DNA from: Candidatus Woesearchaeota archaeon
GTDB lineage: Archaea > Nanobdellota > Nanobdellia > Woesearchaeales > SKIA01
NCBI GenBank assembly: GCA_046704725.1
Contig: JBJKRI010000005.1
Location: 96,001-160,000, forward strand
DNA: 64,000 nucleotides
Reading direction: 5' to 3'
The notes beneath the pieces were generated by a model. It did no database searches, was not told the DNA's origin, and saw nothing but the letters and a program-made list of their open reading frames with translations. Made by a program: the position numbers and the translations under genes. Positions 38,825 to 48,347 of the stretch are shown piece by piece; positions within the stretch are counted from its first letter, which is position 1, and each line of letters begins with the position of its first letter.

Positions 38825-39310
38825 ATGGCGACCATATTCTCCAAAGAGACGAACACTGTCCAAACTCACTTCGTCAGATTCGTCCACGATTTCTTCGTGA
38901 TTCCACATTACTTGCATGACGAAGATAGAACGGTCATACAAGCGATGCCAAATCTCGTGCATCGACCGTTTCCGAAACGAGGGCTCTTCCGAAGGGCCCA
39001 TGGCTTCGACCATGCCCTCTACCTCCCATCACAGAACCTCCGCTCACTGGGCATCGGTAGTCGCCGTTTCGAATTCGGGCCTCGTACGCACTACTTGCCT
39101 CTCGCACGGTTCGCGGGTCTCCCAGGATTCATGCGGGACCATCCCTGGGCCTCGTATGAAGGAGACACTTTTCCCACGGACCGGCTCCACCTCGAGGTCG
39201 ACGCGCGGGCTCCCGAAGCAGTGAAGGTCGCCGTCCATAGCTTTGCGAGAGCGTATCAAAACCGATTCGGCGGGCCATTCCTCCTAGAGGAAATGGATCT
39301 CTCGCGCTAG
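38825..39310 (+). CDS. Hypothetical protein
   Basis: ~160-aa ORF with atypical codon usage, convergent with the NFACT gene. Confidence 0.55.
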   Translation: MATIFSKETNTVQTHFVRFVHDFFVIPHYLHDEDRTVIQAMPNLVHRPFPKRGLFRRAHGFDHALYLPSQNLRSLGIGSRRFEFGPRTHYLPLARFAGLPGFMRDHPWASYEGDTFPTDRLHLEVDARAPEAVKVAVHSFARAYQNRFGGPFLLEEMDLSR

Positions 39311-40359
39311 ATCTCCAGCGTGAAATCCTCGGTATCGGCCTTCGCCACGAGGGGGTGCGCGGACCACTTCTTCTCGAAATCTTCTTTAGAGAGTGACTTG
39401 CGGTCCTTCGCCGCTTCCTTGAGAATGGAATCCACCTCTTGGTAGCGCTCGTACAGCAATTCACCCTTGCGCTGGTTCTCCTCGGCCGCCTTGAGGAAAC
39501 CAGCGGCCTGCTTCTCCTGCGAGGCGAGGATACGCGCGACCTTGTCCTTTCGCTGCGTGCGCGCGGCCACACGCTCCGTCTTCTGCGCAGACTCGCGCAG
39601 GCCGTCGCGGATGGCAGCGATCGCCTCGCTGAACGTCTCCGTCTTGGCGGCACCGTCAACGACTTGCACTGGGTAGGCGCTGTCAGCGGTGTGCTCTGGA
39701 GCGCTCTCTGTAAAGAGTCGCTGCACCTCCGGGAAGAGCTTGGACGCATCCGCATCTGTCGACTGGTCGTCGATGCCAGCGCGCTTGCAGACGAGCTGGG
39801 CGTACTCGCCGCCGAGACCGATATCGCTCGCCAGAGCGATGACGACGGGCTTTCCCGTCACTATCTTGGCGAAACTTTCCTCGCTCATGGTACGGATGTC
39901 GGGCTGCGGGGCCGGCGGAGCATAGACCTGCCCGCCACGGATGGCGCGGTCGGCGAAGGTCACGTACTCGCGAGCGCTGATGACCTTGTCGTTCTCGTCG
40001 CACACGACGATATTGCCCTTGCCGAAGAGCTCGAAATAGACGTGATATATCTGTTCTTTCTCGATGTCCAGACGGAGGATGCGGTCCATGCCGAGCTGCG
40101 TGATGCCGCGGATGATGCCTTTCTGCAGTCGCTTGCGCAAGAACATGGAGAATCCTTTCGGAGGAGAGAACGCGGGCTTGCTCGTCGTGAGGTACGCGAC
40201 GGACGGCACGTCGACAACGAGGTTCACGCGCTTTTTCGCGTAGACGCTCAAGAGCACGTACTTGTCGTCGGCGTAGACCTTGTCGATACGCCCTCCCACG
40301 AGCGTCTGGAACTCGCGCACGAGATGCGCGTACTCCACGCTCGAAGCCTGGTCCTTCAT
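39307..40359 (-). CDS. NFACT/Rqc2 (RqcH-like) protein, N-terminal part only
   Basis: GRIDKVY, FSMFLRKRL, Q.GMDRIL, ELFGKGNIVV, Y.PP, GLGGEYA, coiled coil. Confidence 0.88.
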   Translation of the reverse strand: MKDQASSVEYAHLVREFQTLVGGRIDKVYADDKYVLLSVYAKKRVNLVVDVPSVAYLTTSKPAFSPPKGFSMFLRKRLQKGIIRGITQLGMDRILRLDIEKEQIYHVYFELFGKGNIVVCDENDKVISAREYVTFADRAIRGGQVYAPPAPQPDIRTMSEESFAKIVTGKPVVIALASDIGLGGEYAQLVCKRAGIDDQSTDADASKLFPEVQRLFTESAPEHTADSAYPVQVVDGAAKTETFSEAIAAIRDGLRESAQKTERVAARTQRKDKVARILASQEKQAAGFLKAAEENQRKGELLYERYQEVDSILKEAAKDRKSLSKEDFEKKWSAHPLVAKADTEDFTLEI

Positions 40360-40444
40360 GGACGAGGAGAGCGCGTCCGCCTATATATAGTCGTGGGCGC
40401 GCATGAAACAACAGGTTTTTATCCTCCCACCGGAAAGAGGCGGT

Positions 40445-40762
40445 ATGGCCAATCAGGACGCGAAAACATACGCGCTCATCGGCGCGCTCCTGCCGATCAT
40501 CGGATTCATCATCATCTCGCTCGCCAAGAAAGGCGGGAAGTACGCGATGTACTACGGGAAGCACGGACTTGCCCTCGGGATCGTGTGGATCGTCGTCATC
40601 GTTGTGGGATCGATACTCGCGATCATCCCGTTCGTCGGCGCTATCATCTACTACGCGCTGCAGGTCATCATGCTTATCCTCTGGATACTAGGCATCGTGA
40701 ACAGCCAGAGCGGAAAACAGAAGGGCGTGCTGGTCATCGAGGAGATCGCCAAGCAGTTCTAG
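40445..40762 (+). CDS. DUF4870-like small membrane protein
   Basis: Three TM; YAMYYGKHGL..IPFVG..LWILGIVNS.SG. Confidence 0.85.
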   Translation: MANQDAKTYALIGALLPIIGFIIISLAKKGGKYAMYYGKHGLALGIVWIVVIVVGSILAIIPFVGAIIYYALQVIMLILWILGIVNSQSGKQKGVLVIEEIAKQF

Positions 40763-41199
40763 GGCTGCTCGCTCGTCCAGACGACCTCGGGGTCGTGGCC
40801 GAACTCCGTGGCCTCGACGTGGCAGACGTCGAAGATCTCGCAGTCGAGGTTCTCGCGGACCTTCTGCGCGTCATAGCCGCGTTCCTCCAAGCGTTTCTTC
40901 AGCTCGGGCAATGAGCACTTGGTCACGATCACGCGCTCGGCGTGCTCGGGCGGCAAGTAGTGGGCGAGATGCCCCTCGAGGATGAAGTCCGGGTCGTGAT
41001 GGATGAGCTCGTCGAGTATCTTGCCGAGCTCCACGACGTCGATGAGGAAGCAGTTGCGCTTGTCGTCCCACTCCGTGTCCAGGCCGCGCTCCTTGAGCAG
41101 TTCGGTGATATTGATGACGGGCAGGTCGAGCTCTTGTCCGAGCTTCTTGGCGTACGTGCTCTTGCCGGTGCCCGGAGTCCCCGTGATGACGATTGCCAT
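40759..41199 (-). CDS. Archaeal adenylate kinase (AK6/Fap7 family)
   Basis: ITGTPGTGKST, LEGHLAH, RLEERGY..KVRENLDCE. Confidence 0.92.
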   Translation of the reverse strand: MAIVITGTPGTGKSTYAKKLGQELDLPVINITELLKERGLDTEWDDKRNCFLIDVVELGKILDELIHHDPDFILEGHLAHYLPPEHAERVIVTKCSLPELKKRLEERGYDAQKVRENLDCEIFDVCHVEATEFGHDPEVVWTSEQP

Positions 41200-41333
41200 G
41201 CAGGGCGGAGCGAAGCGCCCTTTAAGAGTTCTGCGACGTGGGCTGATAGAACTGAAATCTCTCTGAAAATGGTTTGTACGCTCGTTTTTCCATGCACAAA
41301 TCATAAATAAGGCAGAAACGAAGATACTCCACA

Positions 41334-41885
41334 ATGAGACAAATCCTGATTGACGCCATGAAACTGGGCATCGGCACGTTGGACCTCACGCACGAGCAGG
41401 TCGAGAAGTTCGTCGCGAAGGTCGAGAAGAAGTACGGCAAGGAGATCAAAGACAGCAGGAAGATGGTGGACGACCTGTTCGCGCAAGCGGAGAAGAACCA
41501 ATCCAAGGTCCATCGCAAGATCCAGAAAGAGGTCAAGGACGCGATGCGAAAGCAGAAGCTCGTGAAAGAAGAAGACCTCAAGGCGTTCCAGAAACAGGCC
41601 AAGGCACTGGCCAAGACCTCGCTCCACATGGCCAAGACCGCAAGCGGCGCGATCGCCGACGAAGTCTCCAAGCGCGTCGCCGAAAAGAAGCGGACGACGC
41701 GGCGCAAGAGCGCGAAGCGCGCGACCCGTAAGCGCGCCGCGAAGAAGAGCACTCGCAAGCGAACGGCCAAGAAGACTGCTCGCCGCACGGCGAAGAAATC
41801 AACTCGCAAGCGTCCCGCACGGAAATCGACGCGGAGACGTCCTGCGAAGCGCGCTTCGCGAAGGCGTAACGGACGCAGGAGATAG
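41334..41885 (+). CDS. Phasin-like (COG3937) N-terminal domain plus histone-H1-like Lys/Arg/Ala/Thr tail
   Basis: LGIGTLDLTHEQVEKFV...MVDDL...EEDL; repeats RKSAKRATRKRAAKKSTRKRTAKK. Confidence 0.75.
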   Translation: MRQILIDAMKLGIGTLDLTHEQVEKFVAKVEKKYGKEIKDSRKMVDDLFAQAEKNQSKVHRKIQKEVKDAMRKQKLVKEEDLKAFQKQAKALAKTSLHMAKTASGAIADEVSKRVAEKKRTTRRKSAKRATRKRAAKKSTRKRTAKKTARRTAKKSTRKRPARKSTRRRPAKRASRRRNGRRR

Positions 41886-41887
41886 GA

Positions 41888-43798
41888 TCAGCGCAATTCC
41901 TTCTCGAGGACGGCGATAGCGCCCTTGCGGCTGGTGTTCCTGAGCTTGCTGGCGAGCTTCTCGTCCTTGTACACGTCGAGCACCCAGTCTGCGATATCGT
42001 TGCGCGCGTGCGTGACATGCTTCTCGTAGTCGGCGTCAGGAAGCTCTTTCAATCCGTTGACCAGCTCGCGCAGGCTGCGGATGTGCAGGTCGCTGAGCAC
42101 CAATGCACGCTCCTCGGCTATCTGTTGATTGCCCAGGAAAGCGCTGATACGCGTCCCCGCGCCGGAGAGCTCGAAGTACCTGACACGCGCCAGTCGCTGG
42201 ACGATCATGATGAGCGCGAACAGGGCGACGCAATACAGCAACAGCACGACAAGATACGACCCGACCGCACCCAGACCGAACGAGAACACGAGAGCTCCCT
42301 TGAGCAGTTCAGAGGAGAGCACGAAGGGATTCGCCTTGATGATGAACTGCACGGCGGACGGCAGCGTGCTCACAGGGAGCACCAATCCGCTCACGAACAG
42401 CAGCACGGAAGACACCGCGATAGCGGCGAGCATGACGCCCTCCTGGTTGCGGAAGATATAGCCGAGCAGCATGCCCAAGAGCGAGAAGAAGGTCACTGCC
42501 AACAACAACGCGAGAATCGTCGTCCCGATGGCGGCGGGGAACGCGATGGAGAACAGTGTCGCGGCGAGGAAGATGATGAAGAGCTGCAACGCGAGGACGA
42601 TGAGAGTGGTCACATAGGTCGCGACGACGAAGAGCCATGGCGGCGTGGGTGTGGTGAAATTCCTGAAGTACGCGCTCGATCGGCGCTCACGCACGATGAC
42701 CGTGCTCGCGAGCAATACGGCGGTGAACATGATGATGAGGGCGAGGAAGGATGGGAACGCGAAGGCGAAGCGGCTCTGCTGAGAGACGACCGGCTCGAGG
42801 ACAGGAACGATGGGATGCGTGATGTCCTGCTGGGTCACGCCGAGCGACGAGAGCCTCTGGTGGGTCGCGTCCACGCTCGACAGCACCGCATCTACGGTGT
42901 CGCTGGCGGAAGAGACGCCGTTGCCGACCTGCTCGGCCTGCAGGGACAATGCCTGTGCGCGCTTCTGCGACTGCTGGACCTGTGTCTGCAACGAGTCGAG
43001 GCCGGACAGCAACGTGGAGAACGTGGTGTCGGCGGAGGTCGTGGAACGGTTCTCGATGGTGGATAACTGGGTCTCGTAGGCATTCACGTTCGATTGCATC
43101 GATGAGCTGTTGTCACTGGTGGCTGCGGCGCTGTAGTCAGCGAGCACCTGGGTGGCGAGCGCCTTGTAGTCGTCGCGGGCCTTCTGCGTCTGGTCGATAG
43201 CGTCAGAGACCTGTGCGCGGCTCACCAGCTGTACACTCAGCTGCAATCCCATGAGGTCATGCGAGAGCGAGGACGCTTGGGTCGCCTGGTTCTGCAGCAC
43301 GACAGATGCGCTCTGCAGGTTGTCGGAATCCGTCTTGAGCGACCCGCTCGCATTGGCCACCGCTCCGAGCAATTGCCCTGTCAGGCTTTCGCGCACCGTT
43401 GACGAACGGTTCTCCAATTGTCCGGTCACGCGGTCGATGACAGAATACACGACATTGACGTCCGACGGGTCCACGTAGATGCGGGCCTGCGGAGGCGTTC
43501 CCGGCGAGAACGCGACGCAAGACACGATCATCCCTTGACGGACGGCGTCCGCGCAGGTCTTTGCATCGGTGAAGGACGTGACGGTGAAGGCGTCCTTGAG
43601 GGACTGCACGTAGCCGTCGACGCTCGCGTTGCCGCTCACGACACCGACCGTCAGCTGCGTGCCACCACCATGGCTGAAGACGAGCCCGACGAGCAGGACG
43701 ACGAGCAGCGGGCCCAGGACGACGGCGAGCGTGCTCGAACGGCTGCGCAGCAAGAGCTTGATGTCCTTTCCGATCATCATAAGAAGTTCGCGGATCAT
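41888..43798 (-). CDS. ABC-2 transporter permease with large extracellular coiled-coil and C-terminal DUF5752-like domain
   Basis: KDIKLLLRS..GPL, ER.S.AYFRNF.TP, multiple TM, SLREL...HV...NDIADWV. Confidence 0.85.
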   Translation of the reverse strand: MIRELLMMIGKDIKLLLRSRSSTLAVVLGPLLVVLLVGLVFSHGGGTQLTVGVVSGNASVDGYVQSLKDAFTVTSFTDAKTCADAVRQGMIVSCVAFSPGTPPQARIYVDPSDVNVVYSVIDRVTGQLENRSSTVRESLTGQLLGAVANASGSLKTDSDNLQSASVVLQNQATQASSLSHDLMGLQLSVQLVSRAQVSDAIDQTQKARDDYKALATQVLADYSAAATSDNSSSMQSNVNAYETQLSTIENRSTTSADTTFSTLLSGLDSLQTQVQQSQKRAQALSLQAEQVGNGVSSASDTVDAVLSSVDATHQRLSSLGVTQQDITHPIVPVLEPVVSQQSRFAFAFPSFLALIIMFTAVLLASTVIVRERRSSAYFRNFTTPTPPWLFVVATYVTTLIVLALQLFIIFLAATLFSIAFPAAIGTTILALLLAVTFFSLLGMLLGYIFRNQEGVMLAAIAVSSVLLFVSGLVLPVSTLPSAVQFIIKANPFVLSSELLKGALVFSFGLGAVGSYLVVLLLYCVALFALIMIVQRLARVRYFELSGAGTRISAFLGNQQIAEERALVLSDLHIRSLRELVNGLKELPDADYEKHVTHARNDIADWVLDVYKDEKLASKLRNTSRKGAIAVLEKELR

Positions 43799-44769
43799 CG
43801 CGAATCCTCCTCGCCCAAGCGGAGGAACACTTCGTCGAGCGACGCCCCCGCGACGCGCAGGTCGGTCACGGATTCCTTGGCGGAGCGCGCCGAGGACAGG
43901 ATATGCCCCAATGCTTTCTCGACATCCTTGGCGGTGACGATGAGCGATTGCCCGTCCTGCGTCACCTCGGTGATGCTGTTGTGCGTGAGCTTGGGGATGA
44001 GCTTGTCGTACTTGCCGGGATAGGTCTGCAAGAAGATCGTCTCGGTCTTGATGTATTGCTTCTTGATGTTGTCGGGAGTGTCCACCCCCAGGAGCTTGCC
44101 GTGATGGACGATCGCGACGCGGTCGCACAACGTCTCCACGTCTGCGAGTAGGTGGCTCGAGACGATAACCGTTGTACCCTGCTTGTTGATCTTACGGATG
44201 ATGTCCCAGATGTGCTTGCGCAAGAACGGGTCGAGGTCCGCTGTCGGCTCGTCGAGAATGAGGACCCGCGGACGATGCACCATGGCGCACGCCAGGTCGA
44301 GCCGGCGCTGCATACCGCCGGAGAGGTTCTCGCCTAAGGTGTTGCGCGCCTCGGTCAGGTCCATGAGCTGCAGCAGGATATCGGCTGTCCGCTCAGCCGC
44401 CGCCTTCGGGATGCCTTGCAGGGCGGCGAAGTACTCGAGGTTCTCTTGCGCGGTGAGGTTCATGTAGATGCTCGGGTGCTGGCTGGCGAAGCCGAAGATG
44501 CGCTTGACCGCGTCGGTGTGGCGCGAGACGCTCGTGTACAGCTCGTGCTGGTGCCCCTTGATGTATCGCGAGCGAATGAGGATGTCACCCTTCTCGGGCT
44601 TGAAGAAACCGATGAGCAATCGCAGCAACGTGGTCTTGCCGCTTCCGGATGGACCGATGACGCCGAATATCTCGCCTTCCCTGACGTCGAGATTGACATC
44701 GTAGAGGATGACCCTGTCGCCGAGGATCTTCACGACGGATTGCGCGCGTATCAGGTCCTTATCGGCCAC
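43795..44769 (-). CDS. ABC transporter ATP-binding protein
   Basis: GPSGSGKTT, LSGGMQRR, LILDEPT, SSH. Confidence 0.95.
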   Translation of the reverse strand: MADKDLIRAQSVVKILGDRVILYDVNLDVREGEIFGVIGPSGSGKTTLLRLLIGFFKPEKGDILIRSRYIKGHQHELYTSVSRHTDAVKRIFGFASQHPSIYMNLTAQENLEYFAALQGIPKAAAERTADILLQLMDLTEARNTLGENLSGGMQRRLDLACAMVHRPRVLILDEPTADLDPFLRKHIWDIIRKINKQGTTVIVSSHLLADVETLCDRVAIVHHGKLLGVDTPDNIKKQYIKTETIFLQTYPGKYDKLIPKLTHNSITEVTQDGQSLIVTAKDVEKALGHILSSARSAKESVTDLRVAGASLDEVFLRLGEEDSR

Positions 44770-44826
44770 TGTTCCCCCCTCCGGAATGGACGGCGAGGGG
44801 CACCTTTTAATGGTTTCTGTCTGTGG

Positions 44827-45348
44827 TCAGGCGCGGTAGCGCTGCAGGAACGAGACGATGAGGATGCCGACGAGCATGGCTCCGGCGCCGAGGAGGACCC
44901 ACGGCCAGACGGGAGTCGACGCGGCGGGGGCCGCTACAGGCGCCATGGTTATCTGCGCCTCCATGGGCTGCACAGTCGGCGGGCGGAGGGCGAAGTAGGT
45001 TATCGCCGCGGCAGCGACGGTGAGGACGAGGCCGCCGAGGATGGTGGGTGGTTCCGCGAGACGGCGCGTGCTGATGACGACGTGCTCGGACGCCAATTTG
45101 TAGTGGCGCACCTCCTTTCCCTTCTCGGAGTACGTGTACTCGTCGGAGCGCACGAGACCGGCCTCCTGCAGTCTTTGCACGTTGTAATGGACGGTCGAGA
45201 GCGGCAATCCTAATTCTTTTCCCAGAGCGGTCTCGGACTTGCTCTTGTCCGACACGGCGTCCATGATGCGTCGTGCGGTGTCGTTGCCAAGAAGCTGCGC
45301 GACCTTCTTCGCGCGGTCGGCGGACAGTTCGAGATGCAGGATGCTCAT
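44827..45348 (-). CDS. ArsR-family HTH regulator with two C-terminal TM helices
   Basis: LGNDTARRIM...SETALGKELGLPLSTVHYNVQRLQEAGLV...YSEKGKEVRHY. Confidence 0.88.
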   Translation of the reverse strand: MSILHLELSADRAKKVAQLLGNDTARRIMDAVSDKSKSETALGKELGLPLSTVHYNVQRLQEAGLVRSDEYTYSEKGKEVRHYKLASEHVVISTRRLAEPPTILGGLVLTVAAAAITYFALRPPTVQPMEAQITMAPVAAPAASTPVWPWVLLGAGAMLVGILIVSFLQRYRA

Positions 45349-45371
45349 CTGTCCGGCGAGAGATGCGCGGC

Positions 45372-46463
45372 TTAAGAAGCTTTTGCAAGCCCGTCGGTCA
45401 CGCGTTCGGAGAAGGCCTTCCGGAATTCTTCCCAACTCTTCTCCGGGATGAACGCGCCCGCGGCGGGTGCGTGGCCGCCTCCGGTGCCGCCGAAACGCGG
45501 CGTGAGCTCACGCAGGATGTTCCCGAGATGGACTGTCGCGTGCTGGAAACGCGTGTTGACGGAGTAGCCGTCGACCTGCTCGCGATAGCCCGCGAAGACC
45601 CGGTCCGGATATTTCACGGAGATGAGCGTGGTGACCCATCCATTGATGGAGTACTTGCTCTCGATGGGCAGCCAGTGCACCGCTCCCATCTTCTCGGCGA
45701 GCCCGAGCCCGCGACGGACGTAGTCGTTCACCTCGTCGATGACCTGGCTGCAGGGGTTGCCGAGTTCCAGCGCGTTCACGAATGATTCCTGCTCTTTCAG
45801 AGATTCGACGTAGGACAAGAGCTCTTGTTCGCCCGCGGCGCTGCAGCACTCGATGGCTTCAGCGATCTTGCCGAAGTCTGAGGTGTAGGGGTCCTCTGGG
45901 AGTGTGATGTCGTTGCGCTCGGCCTCCTCCTCGAGGAAGGATCTGAAGCGCACCGAGGCGTTGTCGCCGAGGATTCCGAGGCATGCGAGCCAGCCCAGGT
46001 CCGCTGCTTCCTCCACGGACTGGCACAGGTCGTAGATGAGCTTGGCGCTCGGTATCTTCGAGCCGTCGACGCCGTACACCACTTTCGGATGGACGAAGAC
46101 CGCGTCGTCGTACTCCTGCACGAAATGATGGTCGATGATGATGAGCGGCACATCGGGGAAGACCTCGCGGAGCCTCTCGTAATGGCCGTAGCTCTTGGGG
46201 TCCTGGTCGGTGATGCACAGGACCTCCGGGTCGAACCGCTCTTTGATGCGCACGAGCTCCTCATGCGCCATGCCCATGCCTCTGCCCACGCGCGTGGAGG
46301 CCGTGGCTTTCGCGCCCAAGCGCTCCAGGGTGTGCCGCAGCAGCAGCCCGCCGCTGATGCCGTCCACGTCGTAATCGTGGATGACATGGGTGCGCTTTCC
46401 TTTCGTGTTGCGCAGGAAGTCCTGCGCTTCTCTCCAGCGCTTCTTATCGATGATGATGTCCAT
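45372..46463 (-). CDS. DHH-family phosphoesterase (RecJ-like)
   Basis: HDYDVDG, IIDHH, GILGD, GGGHAPAAG. Confidence 0.92.
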   Translation of the reverse strand: MDIIIDKKRWREAQDFLRNTKGKRTHVIHDYDVDGISGGLLLRHTLERLGAKATASTRVGRGMGMAHEELVRIKERFDPEVLCITDQDPKSYGHYERLREVFPDVPLIIIDHHFVQEYDDAVFVHPKVVYGVDGSKIPSAKLIYDLCQSVEEAADLGWLACLGILGDNASVRFRSFLEEEAERNDITLPEDPYTSDFGKIAEAIECCSAAGEQELLSYVESLKEQESFVNALELGNPCSQVIDEVNDYVRRGLGLAEKMGAVHWLPIESKYSINGWVTTLISVKYPDRVFAGYREQVDGYSVNTRFQHATVHLGNILRELTPRFGGTGGGHAPAAGAFIPEKSWEEFRKAFSERVTDGLAKAS

Positions 46464-46503
46464 TCCGGTGCGCCGGGAGCGTGGCTTAAAGCGTTTGCGG
46501 TGC

Positions 46504-46869
46504 TCAGGCCGCGCGGCGAGCGATGTACCTGTCGAGTTCCGGCACCCCTTCCAGCCAGCGGTTCACATTGTGCTGCGGCTCCTCGCGGAGCTCTTCAGCC
46601 ATTCGCCGGAGCGCGAGATCCATCGCGATGCGCTGAAGGGGGTTCGCCTTGTTGCCGGCGAGGTTCTGCCAGACGTGCGGGAGGTGCTCCTGATAGAGGC
46701 GATCCACCATCCCCGTCTCGTCGAACTGGGTGACTGCAGCGCTGAGGAACTGGTATTCATTGTGGACGACGTTCTCGAACTGCGTCCGCATGTATCGTGC
46801 ATTATGCGTCGTCACACGCGGGAGCAGGCCGTTCGCGCTCGGCCGGTGTAAATGACGGTTGGATGTCAT
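46504..46869 (-). CDS. Hypothetical protein
   Basis: ~120-aa helical ORF with TTTATA upstream. Confidence 0.55.
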   Translation of the reverse strand: MTSNRHLHRPSANGLLPRVTTHNARYMRTQFENVVHNEYQFLSAAVTQFDETGMVDRLYQEHLPHVWQNLAGNKANPLQRIAMDLALRRMAEELREEPQHNVNRWLEGVPELDRYIARRAA

Positions 46870-46979
46870 TCCCGTCGTAGTAAGGCGCTCGGATATAAAC
46901 GTTAGCATCTTTTACGTCCTTTACAGTGGTGATACGCCTATTTCGTCGTATTTAAAAAGAGTCGGTGGTTTCTCCGCTG

Positions 46980-47344
46980 TGCGTAGGGCGTCACGCGGCA
47001 ATCGGAGACGCGCAGTCCTGGAGAAGCGTTCCAAGGTTTCATCCGGGTTCAAGGCGCGCCGCTGAGGAACGTCCGCCCACCGAGTACAAGGAACCCGAAA
47101 GGGAGGGGGAAACCCCCTGGCAAACCGCACAAGAGACGATACCGTGCGCGAGGAGGATGATGGGCTGTGCCTGCCGGCGACGGCGGGAGGAGGCCCTGAC
47201 GCTCTCGCGCGAGAGGCTGAGACGGCGAGTCCCTTCCTGGTGCAACCGCTTCGAGCGGGCACAGGAGAATGCCGCAGGCCGGATCGGCGGGTATGTAGCC
47301 CCGCTTCGCCGGCCACAGAAGGCGGCGTACGGCGCCCTACGCAT
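46980..47344 (+). ncRNA. rnpB: RNase P RNA (archaeal)
   Basis: P1 TGCGTAGGGCG/CGCCCTACGCA; CR-I GAGGAACGTCCGCC pairs with CR-V ACAGAAGGCGGCGTAC; GNRA hairpins; GATGA/CTGA K-turn; TTTAAAAA promoter upstream. Confidence 0.9.
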
Positions 47345-47390
47345 TTCTTCTCACCGAAAACCGTATAAGCTCCTCTCTGCGAGAGCGGGT

Positions 47391-47756
47391 ATGGACGTGT
47401 GGGGCAGGGTACGAAAGACGGTCTTCGGGCCCCCTACTACAGACTGGTATGTGGAGCTGTCTGAGACGCGCGCTCGGCTCTACAAGGTGCGAGGCGGTGA
47501 GATTCTCCAGCAATTCACCCGGAGCCAGCATCCGGAAGCTCCCGCAGGGGACCACTCCCGATGGTATATCCCGCTGAGTATCGAGACACTGACCGATGGC
47601 ACGCGGGTGGAGCGTGATATGGATGCTCCGCTCATCGTTGCTGAGCCGGTTCCGGGAGATCCGAAGGGCCTCGCAGAGATTCGAATCCTCTATCCTGGCG
47701 GCGCTGTCCAGAAAGGACTGCTCGTGCGTCTTGGCCCGAACGGCCAACACCATTAA
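47391..47756 (+). CDS. Hypothetical protein
   Basis: 121-aa ORF with TATAA ~25 nt upstream. Confidence 0.55.
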   Translation: MDVWGRVRKTVFGPPTTDWYVELSETRARLYKVRGGEILQQFTRSQHPEAPAGDHSRWYIPLSIETLTDGTRVERDMDAPLIVAEPVPGDPKGLAEIRILYPGGAVQKGLLVRLGPNGQHH

Positions 47757-47780
47757 AAACCCCGACGCGTTCACACGCAT

Positions 47781-47942
47781 ATGGCGAAAGACGACAAGAT
47801 CCGCATGCCCAGCTCGATGGCGGGCATCACGCAGTATTTCGACGAGGCGACCAGCAATGTCGTCGTCACGCCAAAACAGGTCATCATCCTGATCGTGGCC
47901 GTCGTGCTCTTCGTGATCGCGCTGCACGTGCTCGTGCACTAA
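47781..47942 (+). CDS. secG: Preprotein translocase subunit Sec61beta (not in ORF track)
   Basis: MAKDDKIRMPSSMAGITQYFDEATSNVVVTPKQVIILIVAVVLFVIALH, read by hand. Confidence 0.9.
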   Translation: MAKDDKIRMPSSMAGITQYFDEATSNVVVTPKQVIILIVAVVLFVIALHVLVH

Positions 47943-47974
47943 ACATTCTTAAAGCGCCGCGCCGTTCTCCGAAC

Positions 47975-48316
47975 ATGCTCCCCGGAATGAATCCCAAGCA
48001 GGCCGCGAAGATGATGAAGCAGATGGGCATCAAGCAAGAGCCCGTCCCCGCCGTGCGCGTCGAGGTCGTCATGGCCGACGGCTCGCGCCTCGTCTTCGAG
48101 GAACCGGAGCTCCTCAAGGTGGACATGATGGGACAGGAGATGTACCAATTAACCGGCGTGCCGCACGAGGAATCCGCCGATCCGACGCCGGAGATCTCCG
48201 ACGAGGACGTCAAGACGGTCATGGACCAGACCGGAGCGACGGAGGAAGAGGCCCGCAGCGCAATCGAGGACGCGGGCGGGGATCTCGCCGACGCCATCAT
48301 GCAACTCAGTGAGTAG
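47975..48316 (+). CDS. nac: Nascent polypeptide-associated complex (archaeal NAC)
   Basis: MNPKQAAKMMKQMGI...MMGQEMYQLTG; UBA EDVKTVMDQTG...GDLADAIM. Confidence 0.95.
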   Translation: MLPGMNPKQAAKMMKQMGIKQEPVPAVRVEVVMADGSRLVFEEPELLKVDMMGQEMYQLTGVPHEESADPTPEISDEDVKTVMDQTGATEEEARSAIEDAGGDLADAIMQLSE

Positions 48317-48347
48317 CTTTTTATCCTTCGGCCGTCTAGGAGGGGGA

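Noticed and set aside
41680-41885. Repetitive DNA resembling an array
   Set aside because: Protein-level Lys/Arg repeats; no fixed repeat-spacer structure, so not CRISPR
46965-47390. N-terminal half of the 263-aa ORF
   Set aside because: Overlaps RNase P RNA; the plausible CDS starts at 47391
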